Part shown: in pieces, positions 28,288-37,977 of the stretch | Numbering within the stretch: the first letter of the stretch is position 1 | How the letters are laid out: each line of letters starts with the position of its first letter | Assembly (NCBI GenBank): GCA_963706575.1 | Contig: CAVPNL010000014.1 | Location: 101,838-165,837 of the forward strand | Reading direction: 5' to 3' | DNA length: 64,000 bases | Origin: an uncultured delta proteobacterium | GTDB taxonomy: Bacteria > Desulfobacterota > Desulfobacteria > Desulfobacterales > JAHEIW01 | Translations under genes and position numbers: made by a program | Notes under the pieces: model-generated | The model's database searches: none | What the model was told of the DNA's origin: nothing | What the model saw: only the letters and a program-made list of their open reading frames with translations

Positions 28288-28317
28288 AGCGCCTCAAAGC
28301 TGAGGCGCTTTTTATTT
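28288..28317 (+). terminator. Rho-independent terminator after tRNA-Glu
   Basis: AGCGCCTCA-AAGC-TGAGGCGCT followed by TTTTATT. Confidence 0.85.
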
Positions 28318-28393
28318 GGGGTGGTTAGGATGTCCCCAAATTGCCCACTCCCGCCAAATATATTATCGAATGCGATGAATAGTGTAACTGCGG

Positions 28394-30271
28394 TTAAATA
28401 ATCAGCCGGACGCCTCCCAAATCCCCCAAGCCATATATAAAATGCGTTCCAGGGGAACCGATAAACATCAGGTTGACAGGAATATTCCACTTTAGCGACA
28501 ATTCGCGGATGAGGTCTGGACCGAATGTTCCGGTTATAACCACGAATTCGATCTCGATTGTGGGATAGGCCTCATTGAGAAATTTCAAGTCTTTTTTAAG
28601 TTTTTTCGGCACTTCATCTTTATTTTTCACTACGGTCACAACTTTGACTCGATTGGTGTGTTCATTCTGCTTTACATACAACATGGCGTTATTAAGGTTG
28701 GCCAGGTTGTCCCCTCTTGTAAAAAAGACGACTTGCTGTGAATTAATTTCATCGATTTTAGTACGAATCGATTGGGCGGTAGACGTCATGCGTTTGATAA
28801 AAAATTTAAGGACCGCCCGTACCAGGAAGAGACCGGCCTCCAACAGCGTAATGCGGCCGAGCATGATGGCTATCACTAGCACCGCCGGGATAAAATATTC
28901 CAGAAAAACAGCAAGGTAATGCGGATTCATGATGGCGTTGCCGATCAGTCCGGTCAAAACTGCAGAAATGGCGATCAGCACCGCAGATAGAGGCGCCTCC
29001 ACCGGACGTGGAAGACCGGCACGCTTGGTTTTCAAGAAGATATTACCAAGCCCAAAAAGTACCATGACGGATAAAAAAGAAATCGTGTAGACCGCGGCAA
29101 GGGCTTTCAGCTCCCCTCGTGTGATCAGTAAAACCGACACCGAAAGAATGAAAAACGAAGCAATAATCCGATGTGTCGTCCCGCGCAGGTTGGTTTTCAA
29201 TAAATACTGCGGGAGGCATCGATCCAGCGTCATACGCCTTATCAAACCATTGACTCCCACAAAGCTGGTCAATACCGCCCCGCTGAGCACCAGCGCTGCA
29301 TCGACAGATATGAGATTCGCGAGCCAAATGCCGCCGGATAAATTGCCCAAGTGAGCGAGCAGGGCCTCCTGATGTGCGCCGACATGCCTGATTGGTACCA
29401 GAGCAAGCGCAAGCAGCGCTATGCCAGGATTAAAAACGGTTACGGCAACCCACATATTTCGCAGCGTCTTGGGGAACACCCCTTCGGCTTGTTCTTCCAC
29501 ATAATTGGCCGAACTCTCAAATCCGGAAATCCCCAGCAAAGAAGCAGAAAAGCCAAAAAACAGGGCCATAACCAGCCCGCCTTCCACAGGGGTGGCAATA
29601 TTCAGGTTGAAGGTGTCGAGTCCGTGTGTGACGACGAAAGCGATACTCATAACGAGTAGCAATGTCAACGTGCTCAGATGGAATATAAAGATGATAATTG
29701 CTACCCTGGCACTTTCGGTGATACCGATGATAGTCAGTAGCATGAAAAAAGCGAGCACACCGATGGTTGCGCCGGTGACCGGCAGTGATTGCCATATCGT
29801 ATGCACATAATGCATGGCCTCGCTAGCGGATATCACTGCTGTTGCCATATAGGAAAGGATTGTCAGGCAGGCAGCAATAGAGGCTTTGAATTTACTCGTG
29901 GTGTTCAGCAGGGCATTGTAGGCACCACCGTTCAGGGGAAGTGCACCCACGACCTCGGCATAGATGGATCGAAAAAGATACAGCACTCCTGCGACAATCA
30001 GCAGAGCGAGAGGCGCCCACCGTCCGGCATAAATGATCGCCAGCGCGGAAACATATAGACATGATGAGGTGATGTCATTTCCGCAGATGGCCGTTGCCGG
30101 GAGTTGCCCCATTCCGCCTTTTTTGTGTTCAGTGATGCTTTTGAGGGCACCTTCCACAGCACTGTTTTGCTCGGTATTATCGCCTCGCTGCGGATAATGG
30201 ATCTCGGCACGGTAGGTTTTAGGTACTATGGACAGGGTATTTGGCTTATTATGCGAATTTGATTTTGACAT
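28394..30271 (-). CDS. APC-family amino acid/solute permease with cytoplasmic C-terminal domain
   Basis: ATAICGNDITSSCLY, LPLNGGAYNALLN, GISGFESSAN, many TM segments. Confidence 0.88.
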   Translation of the reverse strand: MSKSNSHNKPNTLSIVPKTYRAEIHYPQRGDNTEQNSAVEGALKSITEHKKGGMGQLPATAICGNDITSSCLYVSALAIIYAGRWAPLALLIVAGVLYLFRSIYAEVVGALPLNGGAYNALLNTTSKFKASIAACLTILSYMATAVISASEAMHYVHTIWQSLPVTGATIGVLAFFMLLTIIGITESARVAIIIFIFHLSTLTLLLVMSIAFVVTHGLDTFNLNIATPVEGGLVMALFFGFSASLLGISGFESSANYVEEQAEGVFPKTLRNMWVAVTVFNPGIALLALALVPIRHVGAHQEALLAHLGNLSGGIWLANLISVDAALVLSGAVLTSFVGVNGLIRRMTLDRCLPQYLLKTNLRGTTHRIIASFFILSVSVLLITRGELKALAAVYTISFLSVMVLFGLGNIFLKTKRAGLPRPVEAPLSAVLIAISAVLTGLIGNAIMNPHYLAVFLEYFIPAVLVIAIMLGRITLLEAGLFLVRAVLKFFIKRMTSTAQSIRTKIDEINSQQVVFFTRGDNLANLNNAMLYVKQNEHTNRVKVVTVVKNKDEVPKKLKKDLKFLNEAYPTIEIEFVVITGTFGPDLIRELSLKWNIPVNLMFIGSPGTHFIYGLGDLGGVRLII

Positions 30272-30549
30272 AATAGAAATTAATTTTCACGGTTTATCAA
30301 ATGCCGGTATAATTGAAATCTCATGAAAAATCGCAAAAATCCAGATATTGTAATCTGATATTACATGTTTTGAGGGCCGGTCAATTTAGCATAGATCTTG
30401 GAGATATTTGTAATTTTTGGAATTGAAAATATTTGAGATTACCAGAAGGTATATGCAATTATTTACGGTTGACACCGTGATATTTGGTTTTTTTTTAATT
30501 TGGAACGCTTAATTCAGATCCATAATCCGAGTATAGAAATAACAATATT

Positions 30550-31356
30550 TCAATCTCCAGTGTCGAAGGGAACAAGATTAACGCGAACTTCTTTGATGTC
30601 ATCGATATTTTTAAGGGCATCTTTGATCCTATCCGTGACCTCCTCCTCCAAAGAAAGCGCCGTCTCTAGTTTTACATTGACAACGGAGTTACGACACTGC
30701 ACTTCTGCATCAGGAAAGCTTTCAAATATGGCTGCATGCGCCTTGGCAGCCAGATAGGAATCCTTGATCTTCATCAAAGATTCCGGAGTGGTTTGAAAAC
30801 AGGGTCGCCCGGCAAGGTCGGTTAGGATTTCAACCGCGTCATTTACTTTAATATTATCGATATGTAGCACAATATCATAAAGGCTGGTATCTTTGGTATC
30901 AATTCGGTAAAGGTACATACCCCACTTGCGTCTCTCATCATCATCTTTTTTTAGTATATAGCGGGCCTCTTTATCAGAAATCTTCTCACGTCGCATTTCC
31001 TCCTTGATTCGATCTTCGATATTGGCGATGATTCTCACCTTTAAAATGTTGGGAATTCCTTGGATAAAAAAATGACCGGCCAGCCCGTGATAGACCACGT
31101 TGTCTTTTTGAATGTGTTCTAAAAATGCTTCCCGGATAAAGAGAATATACTTTTCTTTCCCATGCTGGAAACGATCGAAAAAAGACGGCGCATCATGAAT
31201 TGCGCGTATAAGCTTTACTTCCGGGATATTGAAATGCGTCGAAGCTTCCAAAAGGATATCTCTGGAAACACATTCATATTTCAATTCCCGCGCCAGGTTC
31301 TCGGCCGTCTCCTTGCCCTTACTGTAGGACCCCCTGGAAATCGTAATTATACCCAT
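30550..31356 (-). CDS. Cytidylate kinase-like family protein
   Basis: IITISRGSYSKGKE, NVVYHGLAGH, DEERRKW…LY…YD. Confidence 0.85.
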   Translation of the reverse strand: MGIITISRGSYSKGKETAENLARELKYECVSRDILLEASTHFNIPEVKLIRAIHDAPSFFDRFQHGKEKYILFIREAFLEHIQKDNVVYHGLAGHFFIQGIPNILKVRIIANIEDRIKEEMRREKISDKEARYILKKDDDERRKWGMYLYRIDTKDTSLYDIVLHIDNIKVNDAVEILTDLAGRPCFQTTPESLMKIKDSYLAAKAHAAIFESFPDAEVQCRNSVVNVKLETALSLEEEVTDRIKDALKNIDDIKEVRVNLVPFDTGD

Positions 31357-31377
31357 CTTATGCTCCTCTCAGTTGCT

Positions 31378-31531
31378 TAGAAGTGGTTTCAAAACCCCAT
31401 CTAAGGCCCAATGGCCGCGTTGCATGCCTCCGATAAATGCTCACATACCCATGTATGCTGAGAACAACGACTTTCTCGATCGGCCTGCGCCTTGCCCTTG
31501 AACCTGATCTGAGATTTTGAAACCACTTCTA
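31378..31531. mobile_element. MITE-like element (~154 bp) with 17-bp perfect terminal inverted repeats
   Basis: TAGAAGTGGTTTCAAAA … TTTTGAAACCACTTCTA; internal hairpin (catacccatgtatg); no ORF. Confidence 0.75.
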
Positions 31532-31664
31532 GACATTTCCTTGTCTTTTGTTTTCAAAAATCCATCGAAAAATCGACCATCGAACGCATTGCATTCGAAC
31601 GGTGCCTCAAGGGACCGCCGTTATACATTTGCGGGCGCGCGCCTTAAGGACATCGCTCAATCCT

Positions 31665-32159
31665 CTACTTTTCCTCGCTGTCCAGCCGAGCCATGGCCCT
31701 CAGCAACCCCAAAGGAGATCCACCTATTGACAGCTTCTGAATTTCTTCGATTCGCTTCTGGTTATGCTCGAATTTTTTATTAAGCCTGGCCTCATAGGCC
31801 TCCTTGATAACCTCAACGAGTTTTTCAAAGTCATAAGGCTTTTCCAGGTATTTAAATGCACCTAGTTTGGTGCACTCCACAGCCGAATCGACCGTGGCAT
31901 GACCGGTCAGCATGATGATTTCAAGATACTTGTGCTTTTCTTTCAATGTTTTCAGTACTTGGGCGCCATCCATTCCGGGCATTTTAAAGTCAACGACCGC
32001 CACATCGAAAAGGCCTTTTTCAGTCGATGCGATGGCTTCCTGACCGTTAGTTGCGGTTGTGACGTCAAAGTCTTTTAGCTCAAGCCGTTTGGCAACCCAC
32101 AATAAGAATTTAACCTCGTCATCAACCAAAAGGAGCTTTATTTTGTTCGCGGCACTCAT
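31665..32159 (-). CDS. Response regulator (receiver with short C-terminal tail)
   Basis: LLLVDDE, VVDFKMPGMDG, LTGH, YLEKP; ATG at 32159 has a GGAGG RBS. Confidence 0.9.
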   Translation of the reverse strand: MSAANKIKLLLVDDEVKFLLWVAKRLELKDFDVTTATNGQEAIASTEKGLFDVAVVDFKMPGMDGAQVLKTLKEKHKYLEIIMLTGHATVDSAVECTKLGAFKYLEKPYDFEKLVEVIKEAYEARLNKKFEHNQKRIEEIQKLSIGGSPLGLLRAMARLDSEEK

Positions 32160-32263
32160 GATATCCTCCTTGCTTTTTGAAATAAATGGGTGATAGCCTG
32201 TTGCCATTTTCCAGCGTCCTGACTCCGCGATTCGGTGCCGGACGCACGCCCTATCTGTTTAGA

Positions 32264-32932
32264 TCAATGCTCTCGCCCAGCTTCGAAATTTTCAGGCACG
32301 ATCAGGTCGAAGCTTTTTAAATCACCGGCCTCACGAATATCAACACCGATCGAGGCCGCAATTTTATTCGTTTTGTCGGATGCAAATGACCGGGCATTGT
32401 TCGACCCGAAACCCGAAAAGGTGATGTGTGCGCAGCCGTTGGGTTGCGGATGAATCGCAACTCGAATCTGTCCGTCCGGGCCGGCTGACTCAAATGCAAA
32501 AGCAAGCGCCTGATATATGAGATTTTGGAGTCGAAACGGACATGTGGAAACCATCGGTGCAGCCTCAGGCACCGAGTCAAAACGGACCTTGCAGCCAAAG
32601 CTTAAAAATTCGCCAAGCGCAATTATCAGATCGACAACGTCGACGAGATTCACCTTTTTGATGGGGTCATCCGCGCTATGGGAAAACGTATTCATTTGCT
32701 TGATGGTGGTAAAACCCCGCTGAATCTCTTCGATAATATCCTGGCTGCAGGTCTTGAGCATTTCCAACTCAATCTTTTGCCCCCTTGTCACCATTTCCGT
32801 CAGATCCTGCAAAAGACCCGCTGCCTCGGAAATTATGGCCAGTATGTTTTTGAGTTCGTGGGAAATGCTGGCATTGACTTTGCCGAAAAAGGCCAGGTCA
32901 TCATTATTTTTAAAATCGATCGTGTTGTTCAT
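32264..32932 (-). CDS. Cytoplasmic HisKA protein with degenerate ATPase domain
   Basis: FFGKVNASISHELKNILAII H-box; no recognisable N/G1/G2 boxes. Confidence 0.75.
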   Translation of the reverse strand: MNNTIDFKNNDDLAFFGKVNASISHELKNILAIISEAAGLLQDLTEMVTRGQKIELEMLKTCSQDIIEEIQRGFTTIKQMNTFSHSADDPIKKVNLVDVVDLIIALGEFLSFGCKVRFDSVPEAAPMVSTCPFRLQNLIYQALAFAFESAGPDGQIRVAIHPQPNGCAHITFSGFGSNNARSFASDKTNKIAASIGVDIREAGDLKSFDLIVPENFEAGREH

Positions 32933-33031
32933 GGTGCCTCCGCTATTATTGTATTGTGCCGATCATGCGGCCGATTTACATCTTTTCCGCCATACCGCAA
33001 ATCGCCTTCTGCTGACCGGCGAACGGTCAAT

Positions 33032-33382
33032 CTATCCGGTTACCTCCCGCAGAATCGTTATCAGTTCATCAATTTGTATCGGTTTCGCCAGATAATATGT
33101 TGCATTTACCGATCCTGTTTCGTAGTCGGTTTTAGACCCATGACCGGTCAAAAAGATAATTTTCATGCCGGGTTCCAATTCTTTCAATTTCCGCTCCAGC
33201 TCGATACCCCCGATACCCGGCATTTTGACATCCAGTATGGCCACATCGTACCTTTGCGACTTGGCTTTTACGATGGCATCTTCACCCGTAAATACAGGAT
33301 CTATGTCGATTCCCCGCAATGCAAGTCTTTTGGCCAGCATCGTTGCGAACTTGCTTTCATCATCTACTAGTAGAACCTTCAT
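33032..33382 (-). CDS. Single-domain response regulator
   Basis: [31 protein letters not shown]. True start is 33382, inside the longer listed ORF. Confidence 0.88.
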   Translation of the reverse strand: MKVLLVDDESKFATMLAKRLALRGIDIDPVFTGEDAIVKAKSQRYDVAILDVKMPGIGGIELERKLKELEPGMKIIFLTGHGSKTDYETGSVNATYYLAKPIQIDELITILREVTG

Positions 33383-35141
33383 TTTTAATGATCTCCTCCG
33401 AAATCCGGGTTGGCAGCGTAATGGTAAAGGTCGTGCCTTCATCGACTTTACTGATGACGGTAATGTCACCGTGAAGCTTTTTGACCAGACCGTAAGTGAT
33501 CGCAAGCCCCAGCCCGGTGCCCTTGTTGCTTTCTTTTGTGGTAAAAAAAGGTTCGAAAATTTTCGGCAGCGTCTCCTCCGGCATGCCGCAGCCATTATCA
33601 CTGATGGTGATGCGGACCTTATCGGCTCCTGCGAATGACGCTGCGATATCCAGGTTGCAGCCGTTGTCCACCGCCTGAAAGGCGTTGTTTACCAGGTTCA
33701 CCAGGATCTGCTGCAGCTTGCCCCGGTCGGTTTCGATCGGGGGCATGTTCTCCGGCACGTCCACGTAAACCTTTATATTCCGGTAGACCGCCTCTTTATT
33801 GTGAAAAACGAGCGTATCTGAAATAACCTCTTTCAGATTCACCTCTTTAATCTTGACCTCAAATTTGCGGGCAAATCCGAGAAGTTGTCCGGTAATCGCG
33901 CCGCAGCGTTCGACCGCATCCAGAATGTCATCGATGTAGCCGATCAATTCGTCATCTTGGCTGAACTGTTTCTTGAGAACAAACAGATCTTTCACATACC
34001 CGGCGGTTTCGTTGATCAGGGCCAGGGGGTTGTTGATCTCGTGGGCGACGCCGGCCGCCAGCTGGCCGATGGATGCAAGCTGGTTGCTCTGTTCCATCAT
34101 CGCCATGGTCTCGGCTTTGGCCTTGTCCGCCCGATAAAGCTTGTTGATTATGAACGTACAAGTGATGATGATTACGATCAAGATGGCCAATATGCACAAA
34201 CCAACAAACCAGTTGATGTTCGAGCGCAACTGCTGCCAAACCTGCATCATCCCGGCTTTTTGCTTGATCACCATGAGAATAAATGGGGTGTCCGCAATTT
34301 GGGTAGATATATACGCATAGCCCATAATGATGGACCGCATTTGATCATCTTCAGTCATGGCTACTTGAGTTCTCTGGGAATAAGCTGGCACCGGCAAGGA
34401 CATCTTTTGAAAGATATCGCCGTAGAATCTGGAGGGCGTCTGGACGATGCCGGAGCGGTTGATGAGAAAAATTTCCGCATGGGCACCGGTTTCGTAGGTA
34501 GACAGGGTATGTATCAATCGTTCCGTTTCCAGCGTGGCCCGCAGGAGAAAAAACGAACCGTCGGGCCGGTATGACTTGACAGCAATGATGATATGAGGAA
34601 CATCACGATAACCGCGAAAAATTTCACTAACATAAAAATGGTGTTTCTGGCATTCAATAAACCAGCGCTGGTTGCTGTAGTCCCGGCCCTCAAGGTTGAA
34701 AGGACCGGCATACGCAACCTGGGTGCCGGTATGGGCGATTACGTTCAGATCCGTCAGTCCACCGAATCCCAATTTCAAGTTTCGCAGGATCTCCGCCAAA
34801 TGATCGAGGTCGGTCAGCTGATCATACGCAATTTCATTCACGGTGAATCGCAGGGCAGCCAGCCGCTCTTCCAAAAAAAAGGTCACCGCTCGCCTGGCGT
34901 TGGAAGCCAGCCGCTCCGCGCGCAGCGTTAGCTCCGAATCCACGGACTTTTGAAGCAGCTGGTAATGAATAATGGTGACCACCAGCAAGGGCACCAGGGC
35001 TGTGACAACCAGCACAGAGATACCAATCGCCCAGATCTTACGATAATCCGTAAAGGTGAAATAAGGATCCAGGTGCTTATCATCTATAGGATTAAATTCG
35101 GGCCATATCGCCCCGAATATTTGGCGGAGTTTTTCAATCAT
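33360..35141 (-). CDS. Membrane sensor histidine kinase (Cache-like periplasmic domain)
   Basis: 2 TM segments; [24 protein letters not shown]…GTGLGL. Confidence 0.92.
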   Translation of the reverse strand: MIEKLRQIFGAIWPEFNPIDDKHLDPYFTFTDYRKIWAIGISVLVVTALVPLLVVTIIHYQLLQKSVDSELTLRAERLASNARRAVTFFLEERLAALRFTVNEIAYDQLTDLDHLAEILRNLKLGFGGLTDLNVIAHTGTQVAYAGPFNLEGRDYSNQRWFIECQKHHFYVSEIFRGYRDVPHIIIAVKSYRPDGSFFLLRATLETERLIHTLSTYETGAHAEIFLINRSGIVQTPSRFYGDIFQKMSLPVPAYSQRTQVAMTEDDQMRSIIMGYAYISTQIADTPFILMVIKQKAGMMQVWQQLRSNINWFVGLCILAILIVIIITCTFIINKLYRADKAKAETMAMMEQSNQLASIGQLAAGVAHEINNPLALINETAGYVKDLFVLKKQFSQDDELIGYIDDILDAVERCGAITGQLLGFARKFEVKIKEVNLKEVISDTLVFHNKEAVYRNIKVYVDVPENMPPIETDRGKLQQILVNLVNNAFQAVDNGCNLDIAASFAGADKVRITISDNGCGMPEETLPKIFEPFFTTKESNKGTGLGLAITYGLVKKLHGDITVISKVDEGTTFTITLPTRISEEIIKNEGSTSR

Positions 35142-35508
35142 GCTGCATTTTCCCGATCTCAGCCAAAATGGTCATCAATTCATCAATACCCACCGGTTTG
35201 TGCATAAAAGCGTTTGCACCTTGCTGCATGCATTCCTGTCGATCTTTTTCCGTCCCATGCCCTGTCACAATAATAACGGGTGTCCTTTCATCGTTCTTTC
35301 TGATGCGCGTCAGGACTTCGGTACCATAAATATCCGGAAGGTGAAGGTCCAACAAAATGAGGTGAAATTTTTTTCGTTTTAGAATTTTAAGCGCTTCTTG
35401 TCCCCTATAGCATGCATCACAGTTGCATCCTCTCAGATTCAACCTCCTGGCCAACATATCTGCAAATCGCTTTTCGTCATCGACGATTAATAGATTATAT
35501 TGTTTCAT
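35134..35508 (-). CDS. Single-domain response regulator
   Basis: LIVDDE, LLDLHLPD, VTGHG, FMHKP. Confidence 0.9.
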   Translation of the reverse strand: MKQYNLLIVDDEKRFADMLARRLNLRGCNCDACYRGQEALKILKRKKFHLILLDLHLPDIYGTEVLTRIRKNDERTPVIIVTGHGTEKDRQECMQQGANAFMHKPVGIDELMTILAEIGKMQHD

Positions 35509-35610
35509 AACGAGACATATTTTTGTTGACTGTTTAAAATTATTGTTCTATATAACAACATATATATCATTAGGTTTCATTTGTAAACACTTTTCTGAAA
35601 GGTTGATTAA

Positions 35611-36588
35611 ATGGTAAACTTTCGAGCTCGCTCAATCGGTTGGTTGTTTGGATTCCTGATGATTTTCGTCTCGAACTGCCCCGCAGCCTGGGCAACTGCA
35701 GAACAGGTGACAGCCGGCGCCGCCGCCCACCCCTGGTGGTTCTGGCCAATTATCCTCTTTTTTTTCTGCCTGGTTTTAGGCATTCTGGCCGTCATGGCCG
35801 GCGTCGGGGGCGGCGTCCTTTACGTTCCGCTGGTCAGCGGATTTTTCCCTTTTCACATTGATTTTGTCAGAGGAGTCGGGCTCATGGTCGCCCTTGCCGG
35901 TGCACTTGCTGCGGGCCCCGGCCTGCTGCGGCGCAACCTCGCCAACCTGCGGCTTGCCCTGCCGGTGGCCCTGGTTGCCTCCACCTTTTCCATTTTAGGG
36001 GCAATGCTGGGGCTATACCTGTCGGCTTTGAATCCCGATATCATTCAAATTTGCCTGGGGGTGACCATTGTGGGCATCGCCATCCTGTTGCTGGTTTCAA
36101 AGAATACAGAAAAACCGGTGGTGAACAGGCAGGATGCCATCGGGCTGGCATTGGGACTTGGAGGGGCCTATTGGGACGATGGGGCGCGCGAAAGCGTGGA
36201 ATGGAAAACCCATCGAACTTTATTGGGCCTGTGTATGTTTATCCTGGTCGGTTTGCTGGCCGGCATGTTCGGACTTGGTGCGGGATGGGCAAACGTGCCG
36301 GTGCTCAACCTCCTGATGGGTGCTCCCCTGAAGGTGTCGGTGGCCACCAGCAAGTTTTTACTGTCCATTACCGATACATCGGCCGCCTGGATATACATGA
36401 ACAGAGGCTGTGTCATTCCCCTGATCGGCGTTCCCTCCATTGTCGGCTTGATGCTGGGCTCCCTGATTGGCGTCAAAATTCTCGCCGTTGCCAAGCCCAA
36501 AATGATTCGATACATGGTGATTGCCGTTCTATTTTTTGCCGGATTGAAAGCCATCGACAAAGGATGGGGCCTTGGGTTTTTAGGATAA
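35611..36588 (+). CDS. TauE/SafE family (sulfite exporter-like) membrane protein
   Basis: AGVGGGVLYVP, AGMFGLGAGWANVP…PLKVSVATS. Confidence 0.9.
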   Translation: MVNFRARSIGWLFGFLMIFVSNCPAAWATAEQVTAGAAAHPWWFWPIILFFFCLVLGILAVMAGVGGGVLYVPLVSGFFPFHIDFVRGVGLMVALAGALAAGPGLLRRNLANLRLALPVALVASTFSILGAMLGLYLSALNPDIIQICLGVTIVGIAILLLVSKNTEKPVVNRQDAIGLALGLGGAYWDDGARESVEWKTHRTLLGLCMFILVGLLAGMFGLGAGWANVPVLNLLMGAPLKVSVATSKFLLSITDTSAAWIYMNRGCVIPLIGVPSIVGLMLGSLIGVKILAVAKPKMIRYMVIAVLFFAGLKAIDKGWGLGFLG

Positions 36589-36621
36589 CCATGTGACTAT
36601 CTAACTGCGGAGTTGAATATT

Positions 36622-37050
36622 ATGAATACCCAAAACAAAGAAGACCTCCAACCCTCACAGGAACAAATCATCTATGCCAACTTGTTGATTATCGGTGTAT
36701 GGGCCGGTATTATCATCCTTGTGGCAACTTACGCGATATATGTCACCGGAATACTGCCTGCCCATGTCGACATGTCTCTAATCCCCAAGCTCTGGGGTAA
36801 GGGCGTTAATGAATATCTGGAAATGACTCATTCGCCCCATGGGTGGGGGTGGATCGTCTTGCTGTCCAAAGGGGACTTTCTCAACTATATCGGTTTTGCG
36901 TTCCTTGCTTTGATGACAATTGTCTGTTACCTGGTTTTGGTAAGGGGCTATAGCCGTCAAAAAGACTGGGTGTTTGCTGCTATTGCTGTCCTGGAAATTG
37001 TCGTGTTGTCTGTGGCAGCATCCGGAATTTTGGGCGCCGGGGGCCATTGA
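36622..37050 (+). CDS. DUF1634-like membrane protein (TauE partner)
   Basis: EQIIYANLL…GWGW…GDFLNY…SG; lies directly after TauE. Confidence 0.75.
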   Translation: MNTQNKEDLQPSQEQIIYANLLIIGVWAGIIILVATYAIYVTGILPAHVDMSLIPKLWGKGVNEYLEMTHSPHGWGWIVLLSKGDFLNYIGFAFLALMTIVCYLVLVRGYSRQKDWVFAAIAVLEIVVLSVAASGILGAGGH

Positions 37051-37161
37051 GGGTCCACCATGACATAGGGGTGCATCCACAAATCGGCTCGTTTGCCGAT
37101 GTTAATTGCGGCAAACGGTTTAACCCAGATCGCTCCATCTAGGATTGAAGAAAGGTGAAAT

Positions 37162-37968
37162 ATGAAAGCAAAGAAAATAAATATCCTGCTGGTAGATGAC
37201 AACCAAAAATTCTTGAAATCTATTGCTGAAAGGACCCGTCTGAAAGGCTTTAATGTCTTCACGGCTTCCAGCGGGAAGCAGGCAATAGAGATAGCCCAAA
37301 AGCAACCGATACATGTGGCCGTGGTCGATCAAAGAATGCCTGATATGGAGGGTTTGGTGGTTATCACAAAACTGAAAGGGTTAATCCCGGATATCCAAAC
37401 GATCCTGTTGACGGGCCATGGAGATGAAAAGCTCAAAGAAGCCAGCGAAGCCCTTAATTCAACCTATTTTGACAAGCAGGACATGGGTAAATTCTGGGCC
37501 TTTTTGTCGAACCTGCCGTTAGGCAACATCAATATTCTTCTGGTGGACGACAACCCGAAATTCCTCAATACGCTGGCGGAGCGGATCCGGCTGAAAGGCT
37601 ATGAGCCCTATACGGCATTAAATGGACAGGAGGCAATTGATATTACAAAGACCACCAAAATTCATATGGCAGTTGTTGATCAGAGAATGCCCGATATGGA
37701 TGGTCTGGTGGTGATCACGAAGCTTAAAAAAATTGATGCCGATATCCAGACCCTTCTATTAACCGGCCACGGAGATGAAAAGCTTAAAGAAGCCACGGAA
37801 GCGCTTAACTCATCCTATTTTGAAAAAGAGGATATGGGTAAATTCTGGGGATTTGTGAGAAAGGTGCTGCAAGGCCTCGAAACCTCCATGGCGGCAGCAG
37901 GAATGGCTACCGGCGGCGACATAGAGGATGCCGTCGATATCGAATCACATCATGACAAAAAGAAATAA
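37162..37968 (+). CDS. Tandem double-receiver protein
   Basis: Two near-identical receiver domains (ILLVDDN…VVDQRMPDM…LLTGHGDEKLKEA…DMGKFW). Confidence 0.9.
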   Translation: MKAKKINILLVDDNQKFLKSIAERTRLKGFNVFTASSGKQAIEIAQKQPIHVAVVDQRMPDMEGLVVITKLKGLIPDIQTILLTGHGDEKLKEASEALNSTYFDKQDMGKFWAFLSNLPLGNINILLVDDNPKFLNTLAERIRLKGYEPYTALNGQEAIDITKTTKIHMAVVDQRMPDMDGLVVITKLKKIDADIQTLLLTGHGDEKLKEATEALNSSYFEKEDMGKFWGFVRKVLQGLETSMAAAGMATGGDIEDAVDIESHHDKKK

Positions 37969-37977
37969 TTTGAAAAA

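Noticed and set aside
28203..28335. tRNA-Glu as the attachment site of an integrative element (GTGGTTAGGA recurs at ~28321)
   Set aside because: No integrase and no duplicated tRNA 3' end were seen; a 10-bp match can be chance.
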